Under the pieces are notes generated by a model that did not search any database, was not told the DNA's origin, and was given only the letters and a program-made list of their open reading frames with translations. A DNA stretch of 61,648 nucleotides, counting the filler, from Stramenopiles sp. TOSAG23-3 (lineage: Eukaryota): the NCBI GenBank assembly GCA_900128585.1. It is 10 parts of 10 records of this genome, joined end to end, with 100 filler letters (N's around TTAATTAATTAA, not from the genome) between each part and the next. Parts side by side here need not be neighbours in the genome. Positions count along the whole stretch, not along the records: positions 31,011 to 37,097 come from LT643387.1; positions 37,198 to 43,241 come from LT643388.1; 8 more parts are not named here. One strand, given 5' to 3'. Every line of letters begins with the position of its first letter. Positions within the stretch are counted from its first letter, which is position 1. Shown piece after piece: positions 31,013 to 41,610 of this stretch. Made by a program: the position numbers and the translations under genes.

Positions 31013-34000
31013 AACATACGATCAGGGGTAAAGGTAAACTACTGCCTGCTGTCAGGGCTGAAAGCTGCAAAGCGGTACGAAGTCATCGTTCGTGCGCGAA
31101 ATAGAGCCGGGCCAAGCTTGAAGAGCAACCCGGCGGTATTCGAAACAAAGTCTTCAACCCCATCAAAGCCAAACCCTCCGTACCCTTTTCGGCAGACAGC
31201 TTCGACGTTGATTATGGCATGGGATCCCCCGTCTGACAACGGCTATGCGTTGGAACGGTTCGAGCTTCAATATCGGTATCGAAAATTAAACGACAAATCT
31301 AATGCAAAGAAGGGGGGCAAGCGCAAGACGAGACGAGGCCGGGGTCAAAACATCGCTTTCGCGAGAAGGGGCAGCGACAAGGCCCTCAGTTCCGTCCTTG
31401 CTGCAAGCTCTCAGACGGAGACGATCCAGGGCTGGACGACGGAATCTCGTGTGACTCCATTCACTCGATACGAGTTCAACGAGCTTCAGCGTCGCACTTG
31501 GTACATGTTTCGGTTTCGTGCAAAAAGTTCTGCGGGTTGGGGCGAATGGTCAAATTTCAGCAATGCAGTAGAGACCTTGGACAGTCCAACTATCTGTGAG
31601 ACCAACGCGAGGTCTTTGTTTACGAAGTGGCGACCGGTCCCCAACGCCCATGCTTACCGCGTCCAGTACCAAATTGTAAACGAAAAAGCGCTGAACATTA
31701 TTTCTGAAAACTGGACCACCATCCATAAGAATTTCGAGTATCCAAACCAAATGGTCGAAATCCCCGACCTTCTGCCGGCAACGTATTACCGAGTAAGGAT
31801 TCAAGACTACAACGAATTGTTTGGTTGGAACCCGAGCGCAAACTGCTCTCCTGTGTGCACTCTACATGATCGACCTGAAGATGCCATAGAACCGTGGGTC
31901 GTGCATACAAGCACGACATCCCTCCGTCTAAAGTGCCATGCGCCTTGTTGCAATGGCTCGAATTTGCACTCCCTGGAGTATTTATGCCGCCCTGTTGAGA
32001 GCAGTGCGGAGGCAGAAGAGTGCACTGAAACTGTCGCGTGCAGCGTGGAATGGAACGGGCGCATGGAAGAATTGGCTGGAAGAAAAGAAATCTTGGAGTT
32101 TACGGTGTCAAAATTAATGACATTTGTTAATTACACGGTCTCCATTCGGTTTCAAAATGAACATGGGTGGGGAAACTGGAGTGAATTTTGTGACCCGTGC
32201 AAGACCGAGGCTTCTGCGCCGGAGCCACCTTTGAACGTGAGGGCTGCAGACGTGACACCGCTCCAAATAGCCTTGGAATGGGATGCCCCTGAAACGGACA
32301 ATGGTTCGCCTGTGCAAAATTACAAGTTAGAAATGAAAACGTTAAGCTCAAGCGGTCCAAACCAGGACGACGGATTAGAATGGGAAGTGGTCAGTAGCGA
32401 ACTTGAGAACAAATTGCTGCAAGTGAAAGGCCTTGATCCAGGCTGCCGTTACCAGTTTAGAGCCTATGCAGCCAACGAGATCGGATGGAGCAAGGCGAGC
32501 GTTTCCTCTGAGGTCTACGAGACGGCACTTTTGCCGCCTGGGGTAACTGATCCGCCTATCTTAATCCATGCAAACGACCGCCATTTGATCATAGGGTGGT
32601 TGCCGCCGACGGAGACTGGTGGTGCTAATGTAGAATCGTTTGAAATACAACAGCGAAACTCGAGGCGTGGAGTCCACCCTTGGGAGAGAAAAGATCCACC
32701 GGAAGCCAAAGATTCGGAAGAGCAAAGGCCGTTATTGGAACACCACCCTAGCAAAATAGACGAAGAATCGTGCGATCTTTCCAACCAGTTATACACGTGG
32801 AAATCCATAGGCTTGGTCAATAATTCTCGAACGAAAGACGTCATGGTACAGTTCACCGCAAGCTCACTGGGCAGTGGAGTACACTACGAATTTCGGGTGC
32901 GGTCTAGAAACAGGAAAGGGTTCGGGCCGTGGGGCAACCGAAGCAAGCCGTTTTTGACTACTGCCAACGTGCCTTCCGTTCCCTCGCGAGCAGTGGTTCG
33001 CAAACAATTCCCTAACCAAATGCTGATCGAATGGTTGCCCCCCGTTTTGATGAACGGGGACGAAGTCAATGCGTACGAAGTCAGCCTTAAGCGCACCCAG
33101 GCCGACCCTGAGGGCCCATCGGACTGGCGAACGCTCTCAAATCCGAAGGACATAATGCCACTGGACGGTATCAAGTGCCAGAGGTACGTAACGAACCTCT
33201 TGGCCGACTCTTCCTACCGCGTGCGCGTTCGGGCTAGAAATGCTCTCGGGTGGAGTGACTGGAGCGAAGAGAGCAAAAACATGGCAACAACAAGCCGCTC
33301 CCCGAATGGACCGCTCCCACCTGTCATCAACAGCTTTGGCAACCGATCTGCGAATCTGAAATGGGTGCCAGCTCGACAAAACGGGGCTGACATCGATATG
33401 TACGAACTGCAACGAATGACCATCGGCAGGACTTGGGAGTCCTTGGGAGAGTGGACGGTTTTGATGCGTGATGATTGCTTGGCGTTTAATTCGGAAGACT
33501 TGCTTCCTGCGACCAACTATTCCTACCGCCTCCGTGCTCATAATGCCTGGGGTTGGGGCTCTCCTGGTGAAAATTCTATATGGTTTCAAACCGAACCAGC
33601 GTGCCCGTCGGTTCCTACAATGCCAGTGGAAATATTCTGGGATGGCTCCACCCTCACGATGGGATGGAAGCACCCCGCAGGGCCTACGGATAGTTCCCAT
33701 GACAACGGGTCAGCAATCACGTTTTACGAAGTGGAAAGGAAGGAAATCTCCGTTGACCAAACGAGGACGGAATGGGAAGTCATTGACAGAGTGAAAGAGA
33801 GATTTGTCGATTTCAAGGAAGCGGAGCCGCTGGCACTTGAACGATGGTTTCGAGTGAGAGCAAAGAATGCTTGTGGTTACAGTGAGTGGAGCGATGCAGG
33901 ACACGTGGTGCTGCGTCGTCTTACAGAAGCCGAGAAGAAGGACACTCGCAGCAAGAAGAAGAGAACCGCGTCAATAAAGGAGGTCATGTCCACTCAAGAG

Positions 34001-34087
34001 CAGAAAAATAAAGTAAAACAGAAGCTGAAGCGGGCAACCATGAAAATCATGTTAGGAAACAAACTGCTTGGAGGGAAAAGGAGGTGA
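31013..34087 (+). CDS. 5'-truncated fibronectin type III repeat protein (about 8-9 FN3 domains, no TM helix in the visible part)
   Basis: Repeated W.PP..NG..I..Y.L and L.P...Y.FRVRA.N..GW..WS motifs; frame open from the contig start (…GLKAAKRYEVIVRARNRAG). Confidence 0.9.
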   Translation, partial: NIRSGVKVNYCLLSGLKAAKRYEVIVRARNRAGPSLKSNPAVFETKSSTPSKPNPPYPFRQTASTLIMAWDPPSDNGYALERFELQYRYRKLNDKSNAKKGGKRKTRRGRGQNIAFARRGSDKALSSVLAASSQTETIQGWTTESRVTPFTRYEFNELQRRTWYMFRFRAKSSAGWGEWSNFSNAVETLDSPTICETNARSLFTKWRPVPNAHAYRVQYQIVNEKALNIISENWTTIHKNFEYPNQMVEIPDLLPATYYRVRIQDYNELFGWNPSANCSPVCTLHDRPEDAIEPWVVHTSTTSLRLKCHAPCCNGSNLHSLEYLCRPVESSAEAEECTETVACSVEWNGRMEELAGRKEILEFTVSKLMTFVNYTVSIRFQNEHGWGNWSEFCDPCKTEASAPEPPLNVRAADVTPLQIALEWDAPETDNGSPVQNYKLEMKTLSSSGPNQDDGLEWEVVSSELENKLLQVKGLDPGCRYQFRAYAANEIGWSKASVSSEVYETALLPPGVTDPPILIHANDRHLIIGWLPPTETGGANVESFEIQQRNSRRGVHPWERKDPPEAKDSEEQRPLLEHHPSKIDEESCDLSNQLYTWKSIGLVNNSRTKDVMVQFTASSLGSGVHYEFRVRSRNRKGFGPWGNRSKPFLTTANVPSVPSRAVVRKQFPNQMLIEWLPPVLMNGDEVNAYEVSLKRTQADPEGPSDWRTLSNPKDIMPLDGIKCQRYVTNLLADSSYRVRVRARNALGWSDWSEESKNMATTSRSPNGPLPPVINSFGNRSANLKWVPARQNGADIDMYELQRMTIGRTWESLGEWTVLMRDDCLAFNSEDLLPATNYSYRLRAHNAWGWGSPGENSIWFQTEPACPSVPTMPVEIFWDGSTLTMGWKHPAGPTDSSHDNGSAITFYEVERKEISVDQTRTEWEVIDRVKERFVDFKEAEPLALERWFRVRAKNACGYSEWSDAGHVVLRRLTEAEKKDTRSKKKRTASIKEVMSTQEQKNKVKQKLKRATMKIMLGNKLLGGKRR

Positions 34088-34529
34088 GGGGCATTTTAAT
34101 GTGCATCGATGCTGTATACATGTATTATGTAGGTGTAAAATGATAGTTTATAAGTATGATAATATGTATTCTCTTTTGAAAGAAGACAAAAAGTAAATTC
34201 GACGAGGAGAGGGGAAGAAGAAATTTTAATAAAGAAGTGGAGGACGAGTTTATTATAAATACTGTCTTCAAATAATGTTATACATTTATAGTACATGTAA
34301 AATCATTTCCTTCATTAATCTATCCATCATTCGTTCGTTCGTTCTTTCAACCGTTTCCTCTTTTGTAATTTTTCTTTCTTCAGTCCGTGAAGTTACTGTT
34401 GGAACTGAGAAACCGTTTCTTGTTCTGTAGTAGAGAGACCGTAGTATTTACTTCAGGTGCCACTCTCCGCGTAGGACACGCTTACAGTGTATAGTATACC
34501 GTGTGCGTGTGCGTGTACAGCCTTGAAAA

Positions 34530-34886
34530 ATGCTAGTGGTCTGCGCCCAGCGTAGATTTTTAGTCGCATGCTTTGCGCTGCTTGCTTTATGTAGTATTTT
34601 CTGTCTGGCAGAGTCTGCTGAGGTGAGGGAATTCAGCGGTCCGTCCAGGGACCGTCTTGTTAGCCATCTGAAGAGTGAAATAATAAATGGGAAACTGAAT
34701 AAACTTCTCGATAAACAGAACTTAGAGGACGTGGGCACTAGAAAACGTATGGAAGGAGACGTGCTCGACACCTACGGGACTTTCTTGATCGAGGAGTACG
34801 AACGCCTGAAAGGTAACCCAAAAGTCCCGACGAAGGGCTGTACGCGTAAACTGAACACGATCGGGCACGATTGCCTTCAACCGTGA
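34530..34886 (+). CDS. Small putatively secreted protein
   Basis: 118-aa ATG ORF with hydrophobic N-terminus FLVACFALLALCSIFCLAES; no family recognised. Confidence 0.55.
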   Translation: MLVVCAQRRFLVACFALLALCSIFCLAESAEVREFSGPSRDRLVSHLKSEIINGKLNKLLDKQNLEDVGTRKRMEGDVLDTYGTFLIEEYERLKGNPKVPTKGCTRKLNTIGHDCLQP

Positions 34887-35124
34887 AAAGGCACCCCTTC
34901 CTTTTCCCCTGTTCTTAGGAGCTGAGGGGGGGCAATCGCTTGCACGAGAGTACATGTACAAGAATTTAAATAAATCAAATGTAAGCGTAGTGTAATAAAA
35001 ATCGTTCATCTAAACTGCAGATACTTCCTAGGGCCTTTAAACGCGCACGCTGACGAAAAAAAATATTTTCGTATACGTAAGTCAGCACTCCCGGGAGCTG
35101 TGGGGTTGGTTGTCCAGTCCCGGT

Positions 35125-36858
35125 TCAAAAATTGCTAGTCAGCCCCGCGTCAATGCCTTCCAACAGATTCATCTTGTACCGTTCTGTAGAAGACAGCAAG
35201 TTTGTGATCTGCGCCCGGTGCTTCTCGAACGGCCCGCGGGTGCACGCTTCCGTGTGTATGAATCGATCGAGCGGCTGTTCAACGAGCTCGTGCAGGCTTT
35301 CGGTGAATTTCTCAAGCATTTCTTGCAAGTTTTGAAACAACGGCCGCTCGCTCTCATTTTCCAGGTAGTAACCAAAAACGTAGGTCCACTCCAAGACCCT
35401 GCGGGAGTCAATGATGCACTTGGCGGCTTCGAGCATGAAGTCCGTCTCTTCGATACGAAATCCTTTTTTGTCGTGCAACTCCGCCCGTTTTCGCTTGATT
35501 TCCTCCAAGGTTTTGTCTGCGTACTTGCGCGCCCGGTTGTGGTTGTTGTAGCGTTCGAAGTAATGCATGTAGCGGTCGAGCTCGTGCTTCGCAGCCTCCC
35601 GCCGGGCCTCCGACGCCGCAAGCTTCTTGTCCTTCTTCTTGACGTTCTCGTACTTGTTGCAGTTGTAGTAGCCGCCCGTGTTGGCCCCGTGCTCTTTCCA
35701 GTCCCCCAAACACAGCCAGCAGAACTCGTGGCCACACCCGCCCGTTTGCTTCCTGCACGACATGTGATTGCACCCTTGGTTTTTTTCTATGTTGACCCCA
35801 CACTTCGGGCACTGCTTCGTGTTCGCCATGATCCACGTAACGTTCTCGCTTTCCGCGCTGTTCTTTTCCTGCCAACGTTTGGCGTCCAAGCATGTCGCCG
35901 GCCGGTGCGATTCCAAGCCACAGCCAAAACAAAATAAGAAAGGTCCGCAAGGACAGCACACATCGATTGCACCGCCTCCAGGGTACTCCACCGCATATTC
36001 ACACCCCGGCCGTGGGCACCAGCGCGCGCTCCGGTTCTGGTCGACGAACGAACGGATCATGAACGAGTTCCACCGCTTGCTAACTTTCTCTGCCCCCAGC
36101 GCTTTGATCATACTCTCGGGGACCCGGGCCGTGCACTGCGCTGCTGGACACGCAAGCTCCGTGCAGGACGGTCCGCCCTGCACGGCAACGTCAATGTGGG
36201 CCTGCCAACATTCTGTACAAAATTTGTGGCCGCAGTCCAGGGCTGCCATCCCCGAATCCGGGTAGTCAGACAGGCATATTAAACAAAAGGTTTTCCCGTT
36301 ACTTTTTTGACCATCCCCCGGCGGTGCGCTCTGCGGGTTGCTGCCACGACTGGTGCGACCCCTCTTGCCGAGCTGAGAACTATTGTTGCTACCGTTCGCC
36401 TTCGTGACCCCCAGCCGTTGCTGATCGGCAGGGAGCGGCAGCCCCGCCACGTCCCGAACTCGCCCTTCGTCGTTGAACCACTCGGTCTCCAAACGCCCAT
36501 GGTCCCAGTTGTAATGCCGGAGCAGGATCTGCGCTTCGTCGTACTGAAGACAAAGCAGTTCGACTACCTGGTTGACGGCGTAATCCTTTCGTTTCGTCAA
36601 CATTTCCGTGCCCAAGATTCGGTACTCCCCACTTTTCTTGCCAGACCCTGGAGTGGAAAACGGGGAGAGTTTTCCACCGCTCGGGGAGCCTGCGTCGTTC
36701 TTTGACCCGGCCCCACCCGCGCTCATCTCGTCGTCGTCATCGTAATCTTCATACGTATACTCAACATCGCTCTCGTTGCTGATGTACTCGTATTCGCTGT
36801 CGTCCCCATCTTGCCGGCACGACATGGTAACGTCATCGTCCTGCTCGTAGTCGGACAT
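35125..36858 (-). CDS. Ariadne-family RBR E3 ubiquitin ligase
   Basis: Acidic N-terminus, UBA-like ILLRHYNWD, RING1 (CLIC...CGHKFCTECW), IBR (WCPRPGC), RING2 (TKQCPKC...IEKNQGCNHMSC...EFCWLC), Ariadne domain (RYMHYFERYNNH, RRVLEWTYVFGYYL). ATG at 36858. Confidence 0.93.
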   Translation of the reverse strand: MSDYEQDDDVTMSCRQDGDDSEYEYISNESDVEYTYEDYDDDDEMSAGGAGSKNDAGSPSGGKLSPFSTPGSGKKSGEYRILGTEMLTKRKDYAVNQVVELLCLQYDEAQILLRHYNWDHGRLETEWFNDEGRVRDVAGLPLPADQQRLGVTKANGSNNSSQLGKRGRTSRGSNPQSAPPGDGQKSNGKTFCLICLSDYPDSGMAALDCGHKFCTECWQAHIDVAVQGGPSCTELACPAAQCTARVPESMIKALGAEKVSKRWNSFMIRSFVDQNRSARWCPRPGCEYAVEYPGGGAIDVCCPCGPFLFCFGCGLESHRPATCLDAKRWQEKNSAESENVTWIMANTKQCPKCGVNIEKNQGCNHMSCRKQTGGCGHEFCWLCLGDWKEHGANTGGYYNCNKYENVKKKDKKLAASEARREAAKHELDRYMHYFERYNNHNRARKYADKTLEEIKRKRAELHDKKGFRIEETDFMLEAAKCIIDSRRVLEWTYVFGYYLENESERPLFQNLQEMLEKFTESLHELVEQPLDRFIHTEACTRGPFEKHRAQITNLLSSTERYKMNLLEGIDAGLTSNF

Positions 36859-37198
36859 TCCTTTTCTTCTGCGGTCTTCGGACAGGCACGCTCGATCAGT
36901 ACCCTGTGATGGTTTCGTCTGGGGGATTGGGTCCTTTAACGATGCCCCCCAAGATTCTGTTCTGTTGGTCTTCCGCTCGCTCTTTCCTGCTAGCAAAAAG
37001 GGGGAAACGGTCAAACTGATTTTAACTCGTCAATAACGTCTATTTCCTCTGATTCGTACAACTTTAAATGTTCTTCAAAAAACTTTTTCCGTGCTTTNNN
37101 NNNNNNNNNNNNNNNNNNNNNNNNNNNNNNNNNNNNNNNNNTTAATTAATTAANNNNNNNNNNNNNNNNNNNNNNNNNNNNNNNNNNNNNNNNNNNNA

Positions 37199-39697
37199 AA
37201 AAGGGGGACTGTTATGAAAGTAAGGGCCGATATTCGGAGCTTTGATATGTGCTTGGCATCTTTGCTCGCCGTGTGTTCATACGTTGTTGGGGATGGAAAC
37301 TTTGCCAACAACCCTGTCGTTCTAGACTTCCTGAGAAAGAAAGCTGTATCTTTGTGCGATTTTGCGATTATCTATTTGGCCGTAAAGGGCTTGGACGAAG
37401 AGTACATTCGTACAGAACTTCAATACCTACATGCCATGAAAAGTAAGAACAAACTTGGCGACGACAGTATCGCTCTAATCCGGTACGCGGAGAAAATAAA
37501 TCTAGTGCTTGCAAACTGCAAACCCCATTTTGAAAAAATAACGCATGCAACGACATTCTTTACCTGGGACCCCGAGCAGCTGGAAAAGAAGATAACCAAG
37601 CGGGAGCGCCATATTGAGATGGTGTTTCGATACGTTGATGTCAATAATTATACGTCAAACGGTGACATTGATGGCCGCGTGTCCCGGAATGAACTAGCCG
37701 ACGCTTTGGACATGATAGGTTTAGACGTGGGGCAGTTTGGAATCGAAGGGGAGATTGTCAACTTTTTTGACGAACTAGAAACCGACGATCTTGGCGTAAG
37801 GGAATTTGCTAAACTTGTGATTAAGTTGTGTTGCAATTACGAGCCAGTGTTAAGTGCACCTGGCAACAAGAGAAGAGAGCCGCTAGTCGAGAAACTGGCG
37901 AACGTGCGGTATAGGTTTTATTTGATGCACACATCAAGCAAGAGCAGCTTAACAAATCATGTCTTTTTTGTTGATCGGTTTATTGCGTCTTTCATCAGGG
38001 CCTTGCTGTTTCCGATTGCAGATGTGTATTCATGGTTTCGTACATGTAACGCCATGTCCAAAACCGGATCGTTTGGCGAAAGGTTTCGTTTACTTTTTAC
38101 ACAGTCCGGACAGTACGTGTGCATGTCGCTCTACTACGTTGTATGCATTTGGACTATTGTGGAGTGTCTGGGCAGGGATTCCGAAGAAAAGAAAGACCCA
38201 ACAACCAATCTCCAGACGCACGGTAGAATGCAATTTTACATGGCAATAATACCGTATATCTATTTCCAACTTTATTTCTCATTTCTGTCCGGGTTTCCAG
38301 AGAAAGATGCCGCTCTGACTTACTTGCATTTCAAAATTCGACGTAAATTGATACAATTAAAGAGAAGCCATTGCGTTGTTACCGAGTTTGCGACTGGGAA
38401 TCGCTCGATAAAAACAGTGTTCCACTTTTTCAAAAAAGTTGGAATATTGTCTGAGCTGCACTCCGAAGTAGCGGGCGAAGAGAGGAGCGGCAGCGAAGAA
38501 AGTAAAACAGTACTCAATAGGCAGTTCGAGAAATTTATGAAGCCGTACCGTATTTTGATGACGTTGCAAGCACCCTTCAAAATTGCTATCGTCGCAGACT
38601 TTATGGTTTGGATTTTAGCAACCCTTTTCGTGCCCTGGGCACTCCGATCGTTACTACACTGTGGCAAGTTTGGGGCCACATTCATTTGCCAGCCAGACTC
38701 TCTATATGGGGGGTGTAAGATACAAGACGACCTCCCCGACAGTCACGAAAGCATGGACACTAAAAATAATACCATTTTTTGTGTGGGCGAGGGCGCACAA
38801 AGAAACTACTCCAGCAGTCAAATATATAAAGAGGCCCCTGAGAATGACACAACAAGGACATTACGTTACGTCGCGCTAGTGGTGTTCATTTGGATTTCGA
38901 TGCAGTGTATTGGTTTGCCAATACTCAACAGCCTGAGAACTGTCCAGAAATCCATTGAAAAACTCGGACATTTAATGAACCCGAAACTTGCAATGCAGTT
39001 TGCAGCGAGGGACGACAGCGACCAGTTTGCGCTACCTGGATATCTTCAGTTTCGTACACCCGGAAATTTGAAATGCTGGTCGGAGATGAGGTACTTTATT
39101 CTTCTGACGTTGCCGGAAGTTCTCAGGGAGGCGTCTATTTTCTTGTCGTACCAGATAATTTCCTCAATTTTGTTGCTCTTCGCGATTATGTATGCAGCCG
39201 TGGTGAACCAGCATATAGTTTTATTGATATCTATGGTTGGTATACTGGTTTATTTCCTGAAAAGCACATTTTCGATCTTGTTTTATTTCTTTCTAATAAA
39301 TAACATGTTCAAGAGTCATGTGGACCAATTGAAGAAAACGAATCTCGAACACGCCCTAGAAAATGTAGATTTGCAGGCCCATGGGGGAAGGACTCAACGG
39401 CGATTTGATGAGCTTGATGAAGTTCTTTCAGACCAAGTAATGGGGGAAATCGACGCTTTGCTGAAAACCATGGAGGCGACCGACCATACCCATTACTTGA
39501 AGGCATTAGGAGTAGTAGAAGTAGATTTTATAGCGCTACGGGCGATATATTTAATTCTAGGTGCAGTGTCTGCTGGGGTGTTGAGCTTGAACTTTAATAG
39601 GCTAAAGATTCTTCTGCCTTATGTGGATTTCAGACGCACTCTTGAAACAATTTATCATGCGTTTAACCCATGGGAGGATGAGTGGGGTCCTAAATAA
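37199..39697 (+). CDS. Multi-pass membrane protein with an EF-hand-like pair; probably 5'-truncated
   Basis: Frame open from the contig start; MVFRYVDVNN.....DIDGRVSRNELADAL and FFDELETDDLGVREF are EF-hand-like; several hydrophobic segments. Confidence 0.72.
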   Translation, partial: KRGTVMKVRADIRSFDMCLASLLAVCSYVVGDGNFANNPVVLDFLRKKAVSLCDFAIIYLAVKGLDEEYIRTELQYLHAMKSKNKLGDDSIALIRYAEKINLVLANCKPHFEKITHATTFFTWDPEQLEKKITKRERHIEMVFRYVDVNNYTSNGDIDGRVSRNELADALDMIGLDVGQFGIEGEIVNFFDELETDDLGVREFAKLVIKLCCNYEPVLSAPGNKRREPLVEKLANVRYRFYLMHTSSKSSLTNHVFFVDRFIASFIRALLFPIADVYSWFRTCNAMSKTGSFGERFRLLFTQSGQYVCMSLYYVVCIWTIVECLGRDSEEKKDPTTNLQTHGRMQFYMAIIPYIYFQLYFSFLSGFPEKDAALTYLHFKIRRKLIQLKRSHCVVTEFATGNRSIKTVFHFFKKVGILSELHSEVAGEERSGSEESKTVLNRQFEKFMKPYRILMTLQAPFKIAIVADFMVWILATLFVPWALRSLLHCGKFGATFICQPDSLYGGCKIQDDLPDSHESMDTKNNTIFCVGEGAQRNYSSSQIYKEAPENDTTRTLRYVALVVFIWISMQCIGLPILNSLRTVQKSIEKLGHLMNPKLAMQFAARDDSDQFALPGYLQFRTPGNLKCWSEMRYFILLTLPEVLREASIFLSYQIISSILLLFAIMYAAVVNQHIVLLISMVGILVYFLKSTFSILFYFFLINNMFKSHVDQLKKTNLEHALENVDLQAHGGRTQRRFDELDEVLSDQVMGEIDALLKTMEATDHTHYLKALGVVEVDFIALRAIYLILGAVSAGVLSLNFNRLKILLPYVDFRRTLETIYHAFNPWEDEWGPK

Positions 39698-39906
39698 CCG
39701 CCAATTTTCTTGTTTTTAATTTACTTACGTAGAAAGTTGAAGAATAACAGCCAATATTTTTGTTTTTATTATAGTCAATACTAAGTGACAAGGGTATATC
39801 GATTAGTAAGACCAAAAGAGCAAAGATAGATTTCAGTTCGCAGTGCATTAATTTTAATTAGTATAATATTATACTTAAATATAATAACAGCCAATTTTCT
39901 TGTTAG
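39695..39906 (-). repeat. Copies of the dispersed intergenic repeat family (reverse orientation), just downstream of a stop codon
   Basis: TAACCGCCAATTTTCTTGTTTT (39695), TAACAGCCAATATTTTTGTTTT (39745) and a longer AAGTGACAAGGGTATAT...TTTCAGTTCGCAGTGCATTAATTTTAATTA...TAACAGCCAATTTTCTTGTT (39783-39904). Confidence 0.75.
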
Positions 39907-40178
39907 TATTTATTGGCCATTATTAGTTTACTTAAAACGAAACGCAAGATAGGATTAGGGTTGGAACTGAAATAGTAATTGATTTAAAAAATGAGAGTCT
40001 TTAAGCATCATAGACTACAATTAAATAATAATTATTATATTTGTTTTTTAATTTAAAGGAGCATAATACTATAATTTGTGTGTTTTTAACTTCAGTTTCA
40101 ACATCTACATACACACACGCACGCATTAAGACACGCGAAAAACGTACGTACAGACATATAGCTTAATATTTTCCTACT

Positions 40179-41045
40179 CTAAATTTCAACACCGTCATAA
40201 GCTCGGAGTCGGGAGAATATCCAGGAAGACACGTCTGGCCTTTTATGTCCCCCAAGTTCGTGAGGCAATTCTTGGGGATCGAAGCATTCTTTGACGGAAT
40301 CCATCTCCACAAATTGGATGCGTGCGAGAACTTTGCTGTTGGAGAAGACAGAGGCAAAGCTAATCAGAGCATTTAAAAAAATTTTTCGCAAGAAACTGGC
40401 CCCGACTATGAAGAGGTTTTGCGGACGCAAGGGCAAGGATTGCCAAGTTTTTTGCAATTTTCTTTCATTGCCAACTTTTTTCAAGACTTTTTGTTTGGAG
40501 GTATCAATGACGAACGTGCAGCCGTCCCGCAGCGTTGTAATATCGGAGTGGACAGCTTGCCAGTACATAATCCCGGAGTGAACAACAGTTTGCTCTTCAC
40601 TGAGCTTGCTCGGTTCACTGGCGGATAGCCACATTGCACTTCGCCCCCCCTTGTCTACTCCTGCTACCAGGTAGTTGGCGGCCCATTTGTCGCCTAACTT
40701 TGCGAGCAGCAACTCTTCGTTTTCGTACAAGGATGACATTGATAATCCGTACTGCTTTAACACGTCCAACAACTGTTTGTATTTGGCGACCGCTTTCTCG
40801 ACGCGCAATTTTGTTATCAACGTTACCATGGCGACTTCTCGGGGCCTCACGTCTTCCTTGGATATACACATCCCCCCTTCTTTCTCACTCTTCAACAAAA
40901 GCCTCGAAACTTCTGCAATAGCAGACTTTTCCTCATTGGAGAACTGGTCGACCAACTTTTCTGGTCCCTTCACGGAGATTTGGGCTTTTTCCAGTTGCCC
41001 AGTAATCTCGGAGACGTCTGCACTATTTTCTGCAAGGGATGTCAT
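40179..41045 (-). CDS. CRAL-TRIO (Sec14-like) lipid-binding domain protein
   Basis: GVDKGGRSAMWL, GCTFVIDTS, SLPLRPQNLFIVGA, RIQFV, ELPHELGG. ATG at 41045. Confidence 0.85.
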   Translation of the reverse strand: MTSLAENSADVSEITGQLEKAQISVKGPEKLVDQFSNEEKSAIAEVSRLLLKSEKEGGMCISKEDVRPREVAMVTLITKLRVEKAVAKYKQLLDVLKQYGLSMSSLYENEELLLAKLGDKWAANYLVAGVDKGGRSAMWLSASEPSKLSEEQTVVHSGIMYWQAVHSDITTLRDGCTFVIDTSKQKVLKKVGNERKLQKTWQSLPLRPQNLFIVGASFLRKIFLNALISFASVFSNSKVLARIQFVEMDSVKECFDPQELPHELGGHKRPDVSSWIFSRLRAYDGVEI

Positions 41046-41610
41046 AATCAAGTTGCAATAAACCAAAATCGTTTGTATATATACAGACGAAGACAAACTT
41101 TAACGGGATAAAATGTTGTAGGAGTGTACACTTTTCATATTTTTTTCATGTTTGATTGTTCGTTTGTTTCGTGATTACCCACCACCGAAGAAGAAGAAAG
41201 AAAAAAATAATCGTCGTCGTCGTGTCCGTCGTCGTTTTTCGGTGTTGTTGTTGTCGTCTTTTTTGTGGTGCTGCTGGCTGCTGCCCTGTTGTAAAAAAGG
41301 ATATTTTTTGAAGAAAAAAATAGTAGAAATTCTGGTGTCTACTGTCTTCTACTATGTTTACTTTTTTTGTTTTGTTTTTTAGTATACTATTTTAATACTG
41401 GTAATTATTATGAATTACCTATGATATATCTTCCAAAAGCAAAAGAACATTCCAAGAACAATTGATTATATAAATAATAATAAATATAATCCTCCTTGGA
41501 AAAAAAAAATGAGACGGGTACACAACAAGATCGAAAGAAGATCGCTATTTTTGTGAAAACGTTTCTTTTGCAAACATAGACGAATGGTGCGGTCCGTATT
41601 AATGCACCAG

